From Kineococcus radiotolerans SRS30216 = ATCC BAA-149 (GTDB taxonomy: Bacteria > Actinomycetota > Actinomycetes > Actinomycetales > Kineococcaceae), in NCBI RefSeq assembly GCF_000017305.1, contig NC_009664.2, positions 2,970,001 to 3,002,000 of the forward strand: a stretch of DNA of 32,000 bases, written 5' to 3'. The notes under the pieces are model-generated. The model worked only from the letters and a program-made list of their open reading frames with translations, ran no database searches and had not been told where the DNA came from. Every line of letters begins with the position of its first letter. Position 1 is the stretch's first letter. Made by a program: the position numbers and the translations under genes. Of the stretch, positions 7,660 through 16,571 are shown one piece after another.

Positions 7660-8955
7660 ATGTCCCCCGCAGGCTCCCCCTCCCCGGCACCCGTCCCCTG
7701 GGGCCGGTGCTGGTGGGCGCTGTGCCACGGCGTCACCAGCCTGCTGCTGCTCGGCCCCTACCTCGTCGTCGTCCTCCTCGTCGTGCTCGGCGCGGCCCTC
7801 ACCCCGCTGCTGCTGACCGGGCTGCCGCTGCTGCTCGCCGGGCGCGCCCTGGCCGGCGCCGCGGGGCGGCTGGAACGGCTGCGCCTCGCCTCCCTGCTCG
7901 GCCACCGCGTCGAGGCCCCCGGCCGGCGCCCGCTGACGCTGCGCCGCGTCGTGCCCGACGGCCTGGGCGACGTCGTCGTGTGGCGCACCAGCGCCCACCT
8001 CCTCCTCGTCTGCACCCTCGGGGCCCTCGCGGGGGGCGTCCTCGTCGCGCTGGTCTCCGCGGGCCTCGCCCTCGCCCTCGCCCCGCTCGTCCTCGACCGG
8101 GTCCTCGGCACCACCGGCGCCCGGGCGCACCTGCCCTTCGGCCTCCCCGGGACCGTCCCGCTGCCCGACCCCGTCGTCGTCGCCGGGGGCCTGCTGCTGG
8201 CGCTCGCGGCGGTGCTGCTGGCGCCGCTGCTCGTGGCGCCGGGCGCGGCGGCCGGCCGGGCGCTGCTGCGGCCCCCCCGCACCTCCCAGCGGGCCCTGCG
8301 GCAGCGGGTCGAGAAGCTCACGGCCACCCGGGAGCGGACCGTCGACTCCGTGGAGGCCGAGCGCCGCCGCATCGAGCGCGACCTGCACGACGGCCCCCAG
8401 CAGCGCCTCGTCGCCGTCGCCCTGCAGCTGGGGATGGCCCGGCGGGCCCTGGAGCGCGACCCGCAGGCCGACGTCAGCGGGTTCCTGCAGGCCGCGCAGG
8501 GCAACGCCCGCGAGGCCATCACCGACATGCGCTCGGTGGCGCGGGGCATCGTGCCGCCCGTCCTCACCGACCGCGGCCTGGACGCGGCGCTGTCCGGCCT
8601 CGCCGCCGCCGCGCCCCTGCCCGTCACCGTCGAGGTCCGGCTGGAGACCCGGCCCGTCCCCGCGGCCGAGGCGATCGCGTACTTCTGCGTCTCCGAGGCG
8701 CTCACCAACGTCGCCAAGCACGCCCGGGCCTCCTCCGCGCGGGTGCGGGTGTGGCGGGAGGGGACGCAGCTGCGGGTGCGGGTGAGCGACGACGGGGTCG
8801 GCGGGGCCCGCAGCGGCGGGGGGTCGGGGCTGACCGGCCTCGCCGACCGCCTCGGCGCCGTCGACGGGTGGCTGCGCGTCGACTCGCCCCCCGGTGGCCC
8901 GACCGAGGTCGACGCCGGCCTGCCCGGCTTCCCGGAGGTGACCCGTGAGCGCTGA
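7660..8955 (+). CDS. sensor histidine kinase, HisKA_3 (NarX/LiaS/DesK type), with a multi-TM N-terminal sensor domain and minimal loops
   Basis: H-box [18 protein letters not shown]-box [11 protein letters not shown]1 VSDDGVGG, G2 [10 protein letters not shown]. About 5 hydrophobic segments lie in the first 200 aa. GTG 7633 is an alternative start. Confidence 0.85.
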   Translation: MSPAGSPSPAPVPWGRCWWALCHGVTSLLLLGPYLVVVLLVVLGAALTPLLLTGLPLLLAGRALAGAAGRLERLRLASLLGHRVEAPGRRPLTLRRVVPDGLGDVVVWRTSAHLLLVCTLGALAGGVLVALVSAGLALALAPLVLDRVLGTTGARAHLPFGLPGTVPLPDPVVVAGGLLLALAAVLLAPLLVAPGAAAGRALLRPPRTSQRALRQRVEKLTATRERTVDSVEAERRRIERDLHDGPQQRLVAVALQLGMARRALERDPQADVSGFLQAAQGNAREAITDMRSVARGIVPPVLTDRGLDAALSGLAAAAPLPVTVEVRLETRPVPAAEAIAYFCVSEALTNVAKHARASSARVRVWREGTQLRVRVSDDGVGGARSGGGSGLTGLADRLGAVDGWLRVDSPPGGPTEVDAGLPGFPEVTRER

Positions 8956-9625
8956 GACGGGCGCGCCGCGCCTGCGGGTGGTCCTCGCCGAGGACTCCGT
9001 GCTGCTGCGCGAGGGGCTCACCAGCCTCCTCGCCACCGAGGACGTCGACGTCGTCGCCGCCGTCGACACCGGGGAGGCGCTGCTGGAGGCCGTCGCCCGG
9101 CTCGCCCCCGACCTGGCGCTGGTCGACGTGCGGATGCCCCCCACGTTCACCGACGAGGGGATCCGCGCCGCGGTCGTCATCCGCTCCCAGCACCCGGGCA
9201 CCTCGGTGCTGGTGCTGTCGCAGTACGTGGAGGAGAAGTACGCCGGGGAGCTGCTCTCCGCCGGCTCCCGCGGGGTCGGCTACCTGCTGAAGGACCGCGT
9301 CGCCGACGTCGGGCAGTTCATCGACGACCTGCGGCGGGTGGCGGCCGGGGGCAGCGCCGTCGACCCGGAGGTGGTGGGGCAGCTCCTGGCCCGCGCCCGC
9401 CGCGACGACCCGCTGGCCCGGCTCACCCCCCGGGAGACGGAGGTCCTGCGCCACATGGCGCAGGGACGCTCGAACAAGGCGATCGCCGCGGAGCTCGTGG
9501 TGACGGAGAAGGCGGTGGAGAAGCACGTGTCCAACATCTTCGCGAAGCTCGACCTGCCCACCGACGGTGACGACCACCGCCGCGTGCTGGCCGTGCTGCA
9601 CCACCTCGAGGGGGCGTCGCGGTGA
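8945..9625 (+). CDS. NarL/LuxR-family response regulator (REC + GerE HTH)
   Basis: [10 protein letters not shown] (phospho-Asp), LVLSQY, GYLLKD, and [46 protein letters not shown]. The GTG start overlaps the kinase 3' end by 11 nt. Confidence 0.9.
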   Translation: MSAETGAPRLRVVLAEDSVLLREGLTSLLATEDVDVVAAVDTGEALLEAVARLAPDLALVDVRMPPTFTDEGIRAAVVIRSQHPGTSVLVLSQYVEEKYAGELLSAGSRGVGYLLKDRVADVGQFIDDLRRVAAGGSAVDPEVVGQLLARARRDDPLARLTPRETEVLRHMAQGRSNKAIAAELVVTEKAVEKHVSNIFAKLDLPTDGDDHRRVLAVLHHLEGASR

Positions 9626-10212
9626 GCGGCGGGAAGGTGGCGCTCAGCGTCCTGGTCGCCCTCGTCCTCAGCGCGGGGACGGTCTCGACGCTGGGGCAGG
9701 TGGCCTCGCTGGAGACCACCGCCCGGGCCGCGGTGGACGACCCGCCGCAGCGGATCGCGGTGGAGTCCGCCAGCGGCGACGTGCGCGTCGTCGCCGACCC
9801 CGGCGCCGACCGCGTCAGCGCGCGCGGCGAGGTCGTGCGCGGTCTGCAGGAACCCACCTGGAGCCTGCGCGAGCGCGACGGGGTGCTGGTCCTCGCCTCC
9901 TCCTGCGCGGGGGTGGGCTGGCCCTCGCCCTGCTCCGCCGACTGGACCCTCACCGTGCCCGCCGGGCGCGACCTCGACGTGCGCGCCGTCGGCGACGTCG
10001 ACCTCGCCGGGGCGTTCGCCTCCGCCGCGGTGGAGTCGGTGGGCGGTGACGTCGAGGTCGTCGTCCCCCCGGACGGCGCGACCTACCGGGTGAGCGGGGA
10101 GGCGCTGCTGGGCGAGCGCTCCGTCGAGGTCCCCCTCGGCGACGGCGGCGGCGACGTCCGCGAGCTGCGCGTCTCCAGCACGGCCGGGGACGTCCGCGTC
10201 ACCACGCGGTGA
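9622..10212 (+). CDS. membrane-anchored DUF4097-like beta-strand repeat protein (LiaG-like putative adhesin fold)
   Basis: N-terminal TM segment [17 protein letters not shown], then repeated ..GDV.V.. strands ([30 protein letters not shown]). The start overlaps the regulator stop as GTGA. Confidence 0.7.
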   Translation: MSGGKVALSVLVALVLSAGTVSTLGQVASLETTARAAVDDPPQRIAVESASGDVRVVADPGADRVSARGEVVRGLQEPTWSLRERDGVLVLASSCAGVGWPSPCSADWTLTVPAGRDLDVRAVGDVDLAGAFASAAVESVGGDVEVVVPPDGATYRVSGEALLGERSVEVPLGDGGGDVRELRVSSTAGDVRVTTR

Positions 10213-10244
10213 CCCTCGGTTGGCCCCGGGGCGGCCGCGGTGCC

Positions 10245-10250
10245 TAAGGT
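10245..10250 (+). promoter_or_regulatory. -10-like hexamer TAAGGT, 7 nt upstream of GTG 10258 (leaderless candidate; could alternatively be read as an AAGGTG SD)
   Basis: Sequence cCTAAGGT-gcctggg-GTG. Confidence 0.3.
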
Positions 10251-10257
10251 GCCTGGG

Positions 10258-11094
10258 GTGATCACCCGGTCCTCCCGCGCCCTCGTCGTCTCCGCCGCGT
10301 CGCTGCTGTCGTTCTCGGCCGTCCTCACCGCCTGCGGGGACACCGACGGCACCACCGGCGCGGCCGCCACGTCCAGCTCGACGTCCGGCTCGGCGGCCGG
10401 CACCGCGTCCGGCCCCGCGAGCACCACCGCGGCGGGCACCCCCTCCACCGGCGCCGACGGGATCCCCGACGGCGTGGGCGCCGGCGGCGGCAACGGCTGC
10501 CCCGCGAACGCGGCCACGGTCCCCGCCGGGGCGGGCACGGCGACCACCGGCGACGTCGACCTCGACGGCGAGGCCGACACCGTCTGGCTGGCCGCCACCC
10601 CCGAGCGGACCCTGGGGATCACGACCGCCACCGGGGCGACGTTCTCCACCGTCTTCACCAGCGCCGCCCCGCAGGCCGCCTCCGCCCTCGGGCAGAAGCT
10701 GCAGCCCGCCGGGCCGGCGATCGTCCTGCTCAACACCGGCCGCTCCGTCGCCCTCTACGCCGTCGTCGACTGCGGGCTGGTGCCCACGCTGGACCAGCGG
10801 GGCGAGCCGTACGCGTTCGACCTCGGGTTCACCGGCTACGGCACCGGGGTGGGGTGCGTGGCCGGCGGCGACGAGGAGGACCTCTCCCTCGTCGGGCTGA
10901 ACGCCATCGACACCGGCGGCGGGACCTTCCGCGTCACCCGGACCGCGGTGCAGCTGGAGGACTCCGGCCGCCGGGCGGTCAACGGCGGGACCACGGTCGT
11001 CGCCGAGGGCGTCGGCGCCGACGACCCGCGGGTCACGAACGCGCGCACCGTCGGCTGCGGGAACCAGACGGCGGGCGCGGTCGAGCCGCAGTGA
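10258..11094 (+). CDS. lipoprotein of unknown function
   Basis: The signal VITRSSRALVVSAASLLSFSAVLTAC ends in an LTAC lipobox. A Ser/Thr/Gly/Ala linker follows, then GDVDLDGEADTVW (a Ca-binding/FG-GAP-like turn) and a C-terminal domain with 4 Cys. I recognise no family. In-frame GTGs at 10240 and 10249 are alternative starts. Confidence 0.65.
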   Translation: MITRSSRALVVSAASLLSFSAVLTACGDTDGTTGAAATSSSTSGSAAGTASGPASTTAAGTPSTGADGIPDGVGAGGGNGCPANAATVPAGAGTATTGDVDLDGEADTVWLAATPERTLGITTATGATFSTVFTSAAPQAASALGQKLQPAGPAIVLLNTGRSVALYAVVDCGLVPTLDQRGEPYAFDLGFTGYGTGVGCVAGGDEEDLSLVGLNAIDTGGGTFRVTRTAVQLEDSGRRAVNGGTTVVAEGVGADDPRVTNARTVGCGNQTAGAVEPQ

Positions 11095-11130
11095 GGCCGG
11101 CGGGTCGCCCCGTCGCCCCGGTGCCGGTCC

Positions 11131-13035
11131 TCAGGCGCTGACGATCTCGCAGATCACGGTGCCGGTGGTGGTGGTGTCGCCCTGCGCGGCGGTCAGCCCC
11201 GTCACGGTCCCGGCCTTGTGGGCCAGCAGCGGCTGCTCCATCTTCATGGCCTCCAGCACCGCGACGAGCTGCCCCTCGGTCACGACGTCGCCCTCGGCGA
11301 CCTCGATCTTGACGATCGTGCCCTGCATGGGGGCGACGAGGGCGTCGGGGTTGCCCACCGAGCCGCCGCCGGCCTTGCCCTTGCCCCGGCCGCCGCGGTG
11401 GGTGGCCGAGCGGTAGGCGCGGGCCACCGCGGCGCCGGTGGCGACCCCCGCCCGGGAGATCTCCTGACCGGCGCGGGAGAGCTGCGCGTTGAGCTGCTCC
11501 ACGGGGAAGGACACCTCCAGGCGCTTGCCCGCGACCTCCACGACGATCGTCTCCCGGTGCTGGGCCTCCCCGCCGGCCTCCAGCGCGCCCGCACCGGGCA
11601 GCGCGGAGGCGTCGAAGTCGGTCTCGATCCAGCGGGTGTGGACGGTGAAGTCCTCCGGCTTCGCCGCGGCGAAGGCCGGGTCGGCGACGACGGCGCGGTG
11701 GAAGGGCAGGACCGTCGGGACGCCCTCGACGACGAACTCGCCCAGGGCGCGGGCCGCGCGGGCCAGGGCCTGCTCGCGGGTGGCGCCGGTCACGATGAGC
11801 TTGGCCAGCAGCGAGTCGAAGTCCTGGGAGATCTCCACCCCGCCGTTCACGGCCGCGGCCCGCGGGTCGATGCCGGTGTCGACGCGGACCCCGGGCCCGG
11901 AGGGCAGCGAGAAGCGGGTCAGCTTGCCCGGGCGGGGCAGGAAGTTCGCGCTCGGGTCCTCGCCGTTGATGCGGAACTCGATGGAGTGCCCGCGGGTGGC
12001 GACCTCGGTGTAGCCCAGGTGCTCACCACGGGCGATGCGGAACTGCTCCACCACGAGGTCCAGGCCGCTGACCTCCTCGGTCACCGGGTGCTCCACCTGC
12101 AGGCGGGTGTTCACCTCGAGGAAGGCCAGGGTGCCGTCGGCGGCGACGAGGAACTCCACCGTGCCCGCCCCCACGTAGCCGGCCTCGCGGACGATGGCCA
12201 GGCTCGCCCGGCGCAGCTCGGCGTCCTGCTCGGGGGTGAGGAACGGCGCGGGGGCCTCCTCGACGAGCTTCTGGTGGCGCCGCTGCAGGGAGCAGTCGCG
12301 GGTGGAGACGACGACGGCGCCGCCGTGGGCGTCGGCCAGGACCTGGGTCTCCACGTGGCGGGGACGGTCCAGGTAGCGCTCCACGAAGCACTCGCCGCGC
12401 CCGAAGGCGGCCTCGGCCTCGCGCACGGCGGAGGCGAAGAGCTCGGCGACCTTCTCGCGCTCGCGGGCCACCTTCAGCCCGCGGCCCCCGCCGCCGAACG
12501 CCGCCTTGATCGCGATGGGCAGCCCGTGCTCGTCGGCGAAGGCGAGCACCTCCTCGGGGCCGGAGACCGGGTCGGGGGTGCCGGCCACCAGCGGCGCGCC
12601 GGCGCGGGCGGCGAGGTGGCGGGCGGAGACCTTGTCGCCCAGCGCCTCGATCGCCGCCGGCGGGGGACCGATCCAGGTCAGGCCCGCGTCCATGACGGCC
12701 TGCGCGAAGGCGGCGTTCTCGGAGAGGAACCCGTAGCCGGGGTGCACGGCGTCGGCGCCGGAGCGCAGCGCGACCTCGACGATCTTGCCGGCGTCGAGGT
12801 AGGAGTCCTTGGCGCTCGTGCCGCCCAGGGCGTAGGCCTCGTCGGCCGCGCGCACGTGCAGCGCGTCGCGGTCGCCCTCGGAGTACACCGCCACCGACTG
12901 CAGGCCCGCGTCGCGCGCGGCGCGCACCACGCGCACCGCGATCTCGCCCCGGTTGGCGACGAGGACCTTGGTCACCGGACCCGTCACCCGCCCCGCGACC
13001 GGAGTCGACTCGGTGGGCGGCTCGGGGGAGGTCAT
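11131..13035 (-). CDS. accA: acetyl/propionyl-CoA carboxylase alpha subunit (biotin carboxylase + BCCP), AccA3-like
   Basis: [17 protein letters not shown]-grasp motifs, and the C-terminal biotinyl motif [13 protein letters not shown] start with GGAGA 6 nt upstream. A possible -10 TAGTCT lies at 13076-13081. Confidence 0.95.
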   Translation of the reverse strand: MTSPEPPTESTPVAGRVTGPVTKVLVANRGEIAVRVVRAARDAGLQSVAVYSEGDRDALHVRAADEAYALGGTSAKDSYLDAGKIVEVALRSGADAVHPGYGFLSENAAFAQAVMDAGLTWIGPPPAAIEALGDKVSARHLAARAGAPLVAGTPDPVSGPEEVLAFADEHGLPIAIKAAFGGGGRGLKVAREREKVAELFASAVREAEAAFGRGECFVERYLDRPRHVETQVLADAHGGAVVVSTRDCSLQRRHQKLVEEAPAPFLTPEQDAELRRASLAIVREAGYVGAGTVEFLVAADGTLAFLEVNTRLQVEHPVTEEVSGLDLVVEQFRIARGEHLGYTEVATRGHSIEFRINGEDPSANFLPRPGKLTRFSLPSGPGVRVDTGIDPRAAAVNGGVEISQDFDSLLAKLIVTGATREQALARAARALGEFVVEGVPTVLPFHRAVVADPAFAAAKPEDFTVHTRWIETDFDASALPGAGALEAGGEAQHRETIVVEVAGKRLEVSFPVEQLNAQLSRAGQEISRAGVATGAAVARAYRSATHRGGRGKGKAGGGSVGNPDALVAPMQGTIVKIEVAEGDVVTEGQLVAVLEAMKMEQPLLAHKAGTVTGLTAAQGDTTTTGTVICEIVSA

Positions 13036-13089
13036 GGGGCGTCTCCGATGAACGAGAGGTGGCGGGCGAGGGCTGAGACTACCCGCGGA

Positions 13090-13737
13090 CTACCCGCGCG
13101 GCGCCCACAAGTCGGTCCAGAGCACCCCGGCCTCCCGGGCGAGGTCGCGCACCAGGGGCAGGGACACCCCGACGACGGCGTGCGGATCGCCCTCGACGCC
13201 GCGCACGAACGCCCCGCCGAGCCCGTCGAGGGTGAAGGCGCCGGCCACGGCCAGCGGCTCGCCGGTGGCGACGTAGGCCTCGACCTCGGCGTCGGAGACG
13301 TCGGCGAAGTGGACGGTGACGCTCGCCACCCCGCCCAGGGTCGCCCCGGAACCGCCCTCGGCGGGGTCGCGGACGTCGATCAGCCAGTGGCCGGTGTGCA
13401 GGACCCCGCTGCGCCCGCGCATCGCCCTCCAGCGGGCGGTGGCGTCGGCGGCGTCGGCGGGCTTGCCCAGGACCTCGACCCCCTCGCCGCCGTCGAAGGC
13501 GAGCACGGAGTCGCAGCCCAGGACCAGCGCGTCCTCGGGCACCTCCTCGGAGCCGGCGACGGCCTCGGCCTTGGCCTTGGCCAGCACGAGGCAGACGTCC
13601 TCGGCGTCGGTGACGCCGTAGCGCTCGACGACGGCCGGCTCGTCGACGCCGGAGACGAGCACGTGCGGGTCCAGGCCGGCGGCGCGGAGGGTGGCCAGGC
13701 GGGCGGGGGAGGCGGAGGCGAGCAGCAGCGACGTCAC
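13090..13737 (-). CDS. maf: Maf-like nucleoside triphosphate pyrophosphatase
   Basis: VTSLLLASASPARLATLRAAGL...GCDSVL...GKP...AGAFTLDG are Maf family motifs. Only the last 215 codons of supplied ORF 13090..14736 look like protein. GTG 13737. Confidence 0.85.
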   Translation of the reverse strand: MTSLLLASASPARLATLRAAGLDPHVLVSGVDEPAVVERYGVTDAEDVCLVLAKAKAEAVAGSEEVPEDALVLGCDSVLAFDGGEGVEVLGKPADAADATARWRAMRGRSGVLHTGHWLIDVRDPAEGGSGATLGGVASVTVHFADVSDAEVEAYVATGEPLAVAGAFTLDGLGGAFVRGVEGDPHAVVGVSLPLVRDLAREAGVLWTDLWAPRG

Positions 13738-13775
13738 GCCGTCATGGTTCCACGCCCCCACCGGGCCCCCGCCCC

Positions 13776-15422
13776 TCAGGGGAGCAGGGCGGAGCGCAGG
13801 ACGTCGAGGCCGACGGAACCGACGTCCAGGGCCCGGCGGTGGAAGGACCGCAGGTCGAAGGAGGCGCCCTCGCGGGCGGCGACGTCGTCGCGCAGCGCCG
13901 ACCACAGCCGCTCGCCGACCTTGTAGCTCGGGGCCTGCCCGGGCCACCCGAGGTAGCGGTCGAGCTCGAAGCGCAGGACGTCGGGGTGGTTGCCCGAGAC
14001 CGACGTCAGGTACGCCCACGCCTTCTCGTACGTCCACGCCCCGCCGCCGACCTCGGCGGGGGCGGGCAGCCCGCAGTGGACCCCGACGTCGAGGACCACG
14101 CGGCCGGCGCGCAGCAGCTGCCCGTCGAGCATCCCGAGGACCTCCCCGGGGCCGCGCAGGAACCCGAGGTCCTGCATGAGCCGCTCGGCGTAGAGGGCCC
14201 AGCCCTCGCCGTGGCCGGAGATCCAGCACGCCTGGCGGCGCCAGCGGTTCAGGACGCCGCTGTTCACGGCCGTCTGCCCGATCTGCAGGTGGTGGCCGGG
14301 GACGCCCTCGTGGTGGACCGTCGTGGCCTCGCGCCACGTCGAGAACGTCGTCTGCCCCGGCGGCACGGCCCACCACATCCGGCCCGGGCGGGAGAAGTCC
14401 TCGCTGGGGCCGGTGTAGTAGATCCCGCCGCTCGTCGTCGGCGCGATCCGGCACTCCAGCCGCAGGACCTCCGGCGGGATGTCGAAGTGCACGCCGCGCA
14501 GGGCCTCGGTGGTCGCGTCGGAGCGGTCCTGCATCCAGTCGCGGAAGTTCGCCGCGCCCTCGACGACGAGGGCGGGGTCGGCGTCGAGGGCGGCGGCGGC
14601 CGCGGCGACGTCGCCGGACCCGGTGATCCCGTGCGCCACCCCGGCCATCTCGGCCCGCAGCCGGGCGACCTCCTCCAGGCCCCAGGCGTAGGTCTCGTCG
14701 AGGTCGATCGCGGCGCCGACGTGGTGGCGCGACCACAGCGCGTACCGGTCCCGGCCGACGGCGTCGACGGCGGGGGCCTGCGGCAGCAGCTCGGTGCGCA
14801 GGAACCCCGCGAGCTCGGCGTAGGCGCGGGCCGCGAGGGCCCCGGCCGCTTCGGCGGCCGGCCCGCGACCGGCGGGGAAGGTGGTGAAGAACCCGTCCGG
14901 GGCGGCGTTCGCGCCCGCCTCGGCCAGGCAGGCCTCGACCTGGCGCACGGCCGCGACCCGGCCCGCCGCGGCCGCCGCGCGCAGGCTCTCGACGTAGCCG
15001 GCGACGGCGGCGGGGACCGCGGCGAGGCGGTCGGTGACGACCTGCCAGTCGTCCCCGGTGTCGGTGGGCAGCAGGTCGAAGACCATCCGCAGGTCCTGCA
15101 CGGGGGAGGCGATGACGTTGAGGTCGCCGAGGTCCTCGCCCGCCTCGTGCAGGGCGACCTCCAACCCCAGCCGGTCGGTCATCGCCGCGACCGTCACCCG
15201 GTCCACGTCGTCGACCGCGGGGGTGGCGGCCAGCGCGGCGAGGGTGGCGCGGTTCGCCGCCGCGACCTCGGCCAGCCCGGCGGGGGAGCGGTCGCCCAGT
15301 CCCGGCGCCGGGTCGGGGACGCCGAGGCTCAGGGCGAAGGTGGGCTGCAGGCGCAGCACCGTCTCCAGGTGGGCCTCGGCGACCGCGTCGACCGCCGTGG
15401 GGGTCCGTTCCATGCTGGGCAC
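13776..15422 (-). CDS. DUF885 family protein (putative metallopeptidase-like)
   Basis: 548 aa with the characteristic HHEGVPGHHLQ motif and the overall DUF885 pattern. GTG start. Confidence 0.8.
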   Translation of the reverse strand: MPSMERTPTAVDAVAEAHLETVLRLQPTFALSLGVPDPAPGLGDRSPAGLAEVAAANRATLAALAATPAVDDVDRVTVAAMTDRLGLEVALHEAGEDLGDLNVIASPVQDLRMVFDLLPTDTGDDWQVVTDRLAAVPAAVAGYVESLRAAAAAGRVAAVRQVEACLAEAGANAAPDGFFTTFPAGRGPAAEAAGALAARAYAELAGFLRTELLPQAPAVDAVGRDRYALWSRHHVGAAIDLDETYAWGLEEVARLRAEMAGVAHGITGSGDVAAAAAALDADPALVVEGAANFRDWMQDRSDATTEALRGVHFDIPPEVLRLECRIAPTTSGGIYYTGPSEDFSRPGRMWWAVPPGQTTFSTWREATTVHHEGVPGHHLQIGQTAVNSGVLNRWRRQACWISGHGEGWALYAERLMQDLGFLRGPGEVLGMLDGQLLRAGRVVLDVGVHCGLPAPAEVGGGAWTYEKAWAYLTSVSGNHPDVLRFELDRYLGWPGQAPSYKVGERLWSALRDDVAAREGASFDLRSFHRRALDVGSVGLDVLRSALLP

Positions 15423-15428
15423 CGCTCG

Positions 15429-15434
15429 ACCCTA
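15429..15434 (-). promoter_or_regulatory. -10-like hexamer TAGGGT, 6 nt upstream of the DUF885 GTG (leaderless candidate)
   Basis: The minus strand reads ccCCTAGGGT-cgagcg-GTG. Confidence 0.4.
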
Positions 15435-15460
15435 GGGGTGGTGATCACCCCGCACCAGCG

Positions 15461-16486
15461 TCAGGAGGCGTCGGCGGCCCGCGCGGCGGCGTCCAGCAGC
15501 GGCACCAGCCGGTCCAGCGCCCAGGGGAGGCTGAGCAGGGTCGCGGAGGTGGCGGTGACGAGCTGCTCGTCGTCGATCCAGGCGACCGCGTCGGAGGCCA
15601 CGGCGGGCATCGTCGCGTAGACGGGGTCGGCGCGCAGCTGGTCGCGGGTGAGGGTGCCGTAGCCGACGACGAGGTCGCTGTCGACGTCGCGGACGCGCTC
15701 CTTGGCCACCTCGGTGTAGAAGACGTCCTGCGCCGAGGCCAGGGCGGCGGTGCCGGGGGCGTCGACGAGACCGAGGGCGTGCAGGGTGTCGACGCGGGGG
15801 TCGCCGGGCAGGTACACCGACAGGTTCGCCTCGGTGGCGTAGACGTAGCTGAACGTCTTGCCCTCCAGCGACGGCGTCGCGGCCGCCCGCTCGGCCAGGT
15901 CGGCCTCGGCGTCGGCCACCAGGCGCTCGGCCTCGGCGGACTTCCCCAGGGCCTTGCCGACCATCGTGGTCTGGTCCTGCCAGGACGTCAGCCACGGCTG
16001 GTCGGGGTAGCCGACGGTGGGGGCGATCTGCGAGAGGGTCGCGTAGTCGGCCTCGGTGATGCCGGAGTAGACGGCGAGGATGAGGTCCGGGGTCAGCGCG
16101 GTGATCTGCTCGAAGGGGACCTCGCCGCTGTCGGGGTTGGGCAGGAACGTCGTCGCGGCCGCGTCGAAGTGGCCCTCCCACCAGGGCAGGGTGCCGTCGG
16201 GGTTTCCGCCGTAGGTGATCTCGGGGACGCCGACGGGCTGCCCGCCGAGCGCCCACACGACGTCCTGGGAGCCCCAGCCGAGGCAGACGATCCGGGTCGG
16301 GGCGGCCGGGACCGTGGTGGAGCCCAGCGCGTGCTCGACCGTCACCGGGAAGGTGTCCCCGCCCGTGCCGCCGGTGCCGGCGGTGGAGGCGGGGGCCGGG
16401 CTCGCGGCGTCGTCGGAGGAGCCGCAGGCGGCGGCGAGGGCGGCGAGGGGGACGGTGGCGAGCAGGGCTCGGCGGCTGGGGCGCAC
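15461..16486 (-). CDS. ABC transporter substrate-binding lipoprotein, iron-siderophore/cobalamin type (class III periplasmic binding protein)
   Basis: VRPSRRALLATVPLAALAAAC combines a twin-arginine-like SRRxLL with a lipobox Cys. The body resembles FhuD/FepB-type binders (RIVCLGWGSQDVVWALG..., PDLILAVYSG). GGAG lies 6 nt upstream of the GTG. No cognate permease or ATPase is in the window. Confidence 0.8.
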   Translation of the reverse strand: MRPSRRALLATVPLAALAAACGSSDDAASPAPASTAGTGGTGGDTFPVTVEHALGSTTVPAAPTRIVCLGWGSQDVVWALGGQPVGVPEITYGGNPDGTLPWWEGHFDAAATTFLPNPDSGEVPFEQITALTPDLILAVYSGITEADYATLSQIAPTVGYPDQPWLTSWQDQTTMVGKALGKSAEAERLVADAEADLAERAAATPSLEGKTFSYVYATEANLSVYLPGDPRVDTLHALGLVDAPGTAALASAQDVFYTEVAKERVRDVDSDLVVGYGTLTRDQLRADPVYATMPAVASDAVAWIDDEQLVTATSATLLSLPWALDRLVPLLDAAARAADAS

Positions 16487-16559
16487 GACGACTCCGGGGT
16501 AGTTGGGCAGGGGAGCCTCACCTCACCACAGGTGGGGCCCCGCGGTGAAATCCGGTGCG

Positions 16560-16565
16560 TAGCGT
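16560..16565 (+). promoter_or_regulatory. -10-like hexamer TAGCGT, 6 nt upstream of the birA GTG (leaderless candidate)
   Basis: Sequence TAGCGT-gggggc-GTG, with no SD. Confidence 0.4.
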
Positions 16566-16571
16566 GGGGGC

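Noticed and set aside
11218-13926. A 902-aa plus-strand ORF, and similar long ORFs. Examples: 147-1568, 331-2082, 1268-2641, 2086-3783, 5064-6626, 13839-15620, 15779-17602, 19793-21307, 21211-23022, 28246-30435, 28454-30181, 30055-31443.
   Set aside because: All overlap genes with clear family motifs in another frame or strand. All translate to R/P/G/A-rich strings without motifs, so they are shadow ORFs and not overlapping genes. Ribo-seq would be needed to claim otherwise.
13738-14736. The N-terminal 333 codons of supplied ORF 13090..14736, which would make a 548-aa Maf fusion.
   Set aside because: That part is Arg/Pro-rich junk antisense-overlapping nothing meaningful, in a different frame from the real DUF885 gene covering the same DNA. 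Maf homology starts at VTSLLLASASPARL (GTG 13737).
16487-16571. An IdeR/DtxR iron box upstream of the siderophore-type binding protein.
   Set aside because: The best candidate (GTAGTTGGGCAGGGGAGCC) matches the TTAGGTTAGGCTAACCTAA consensus at only a few positions and lacks dyad symmetry.
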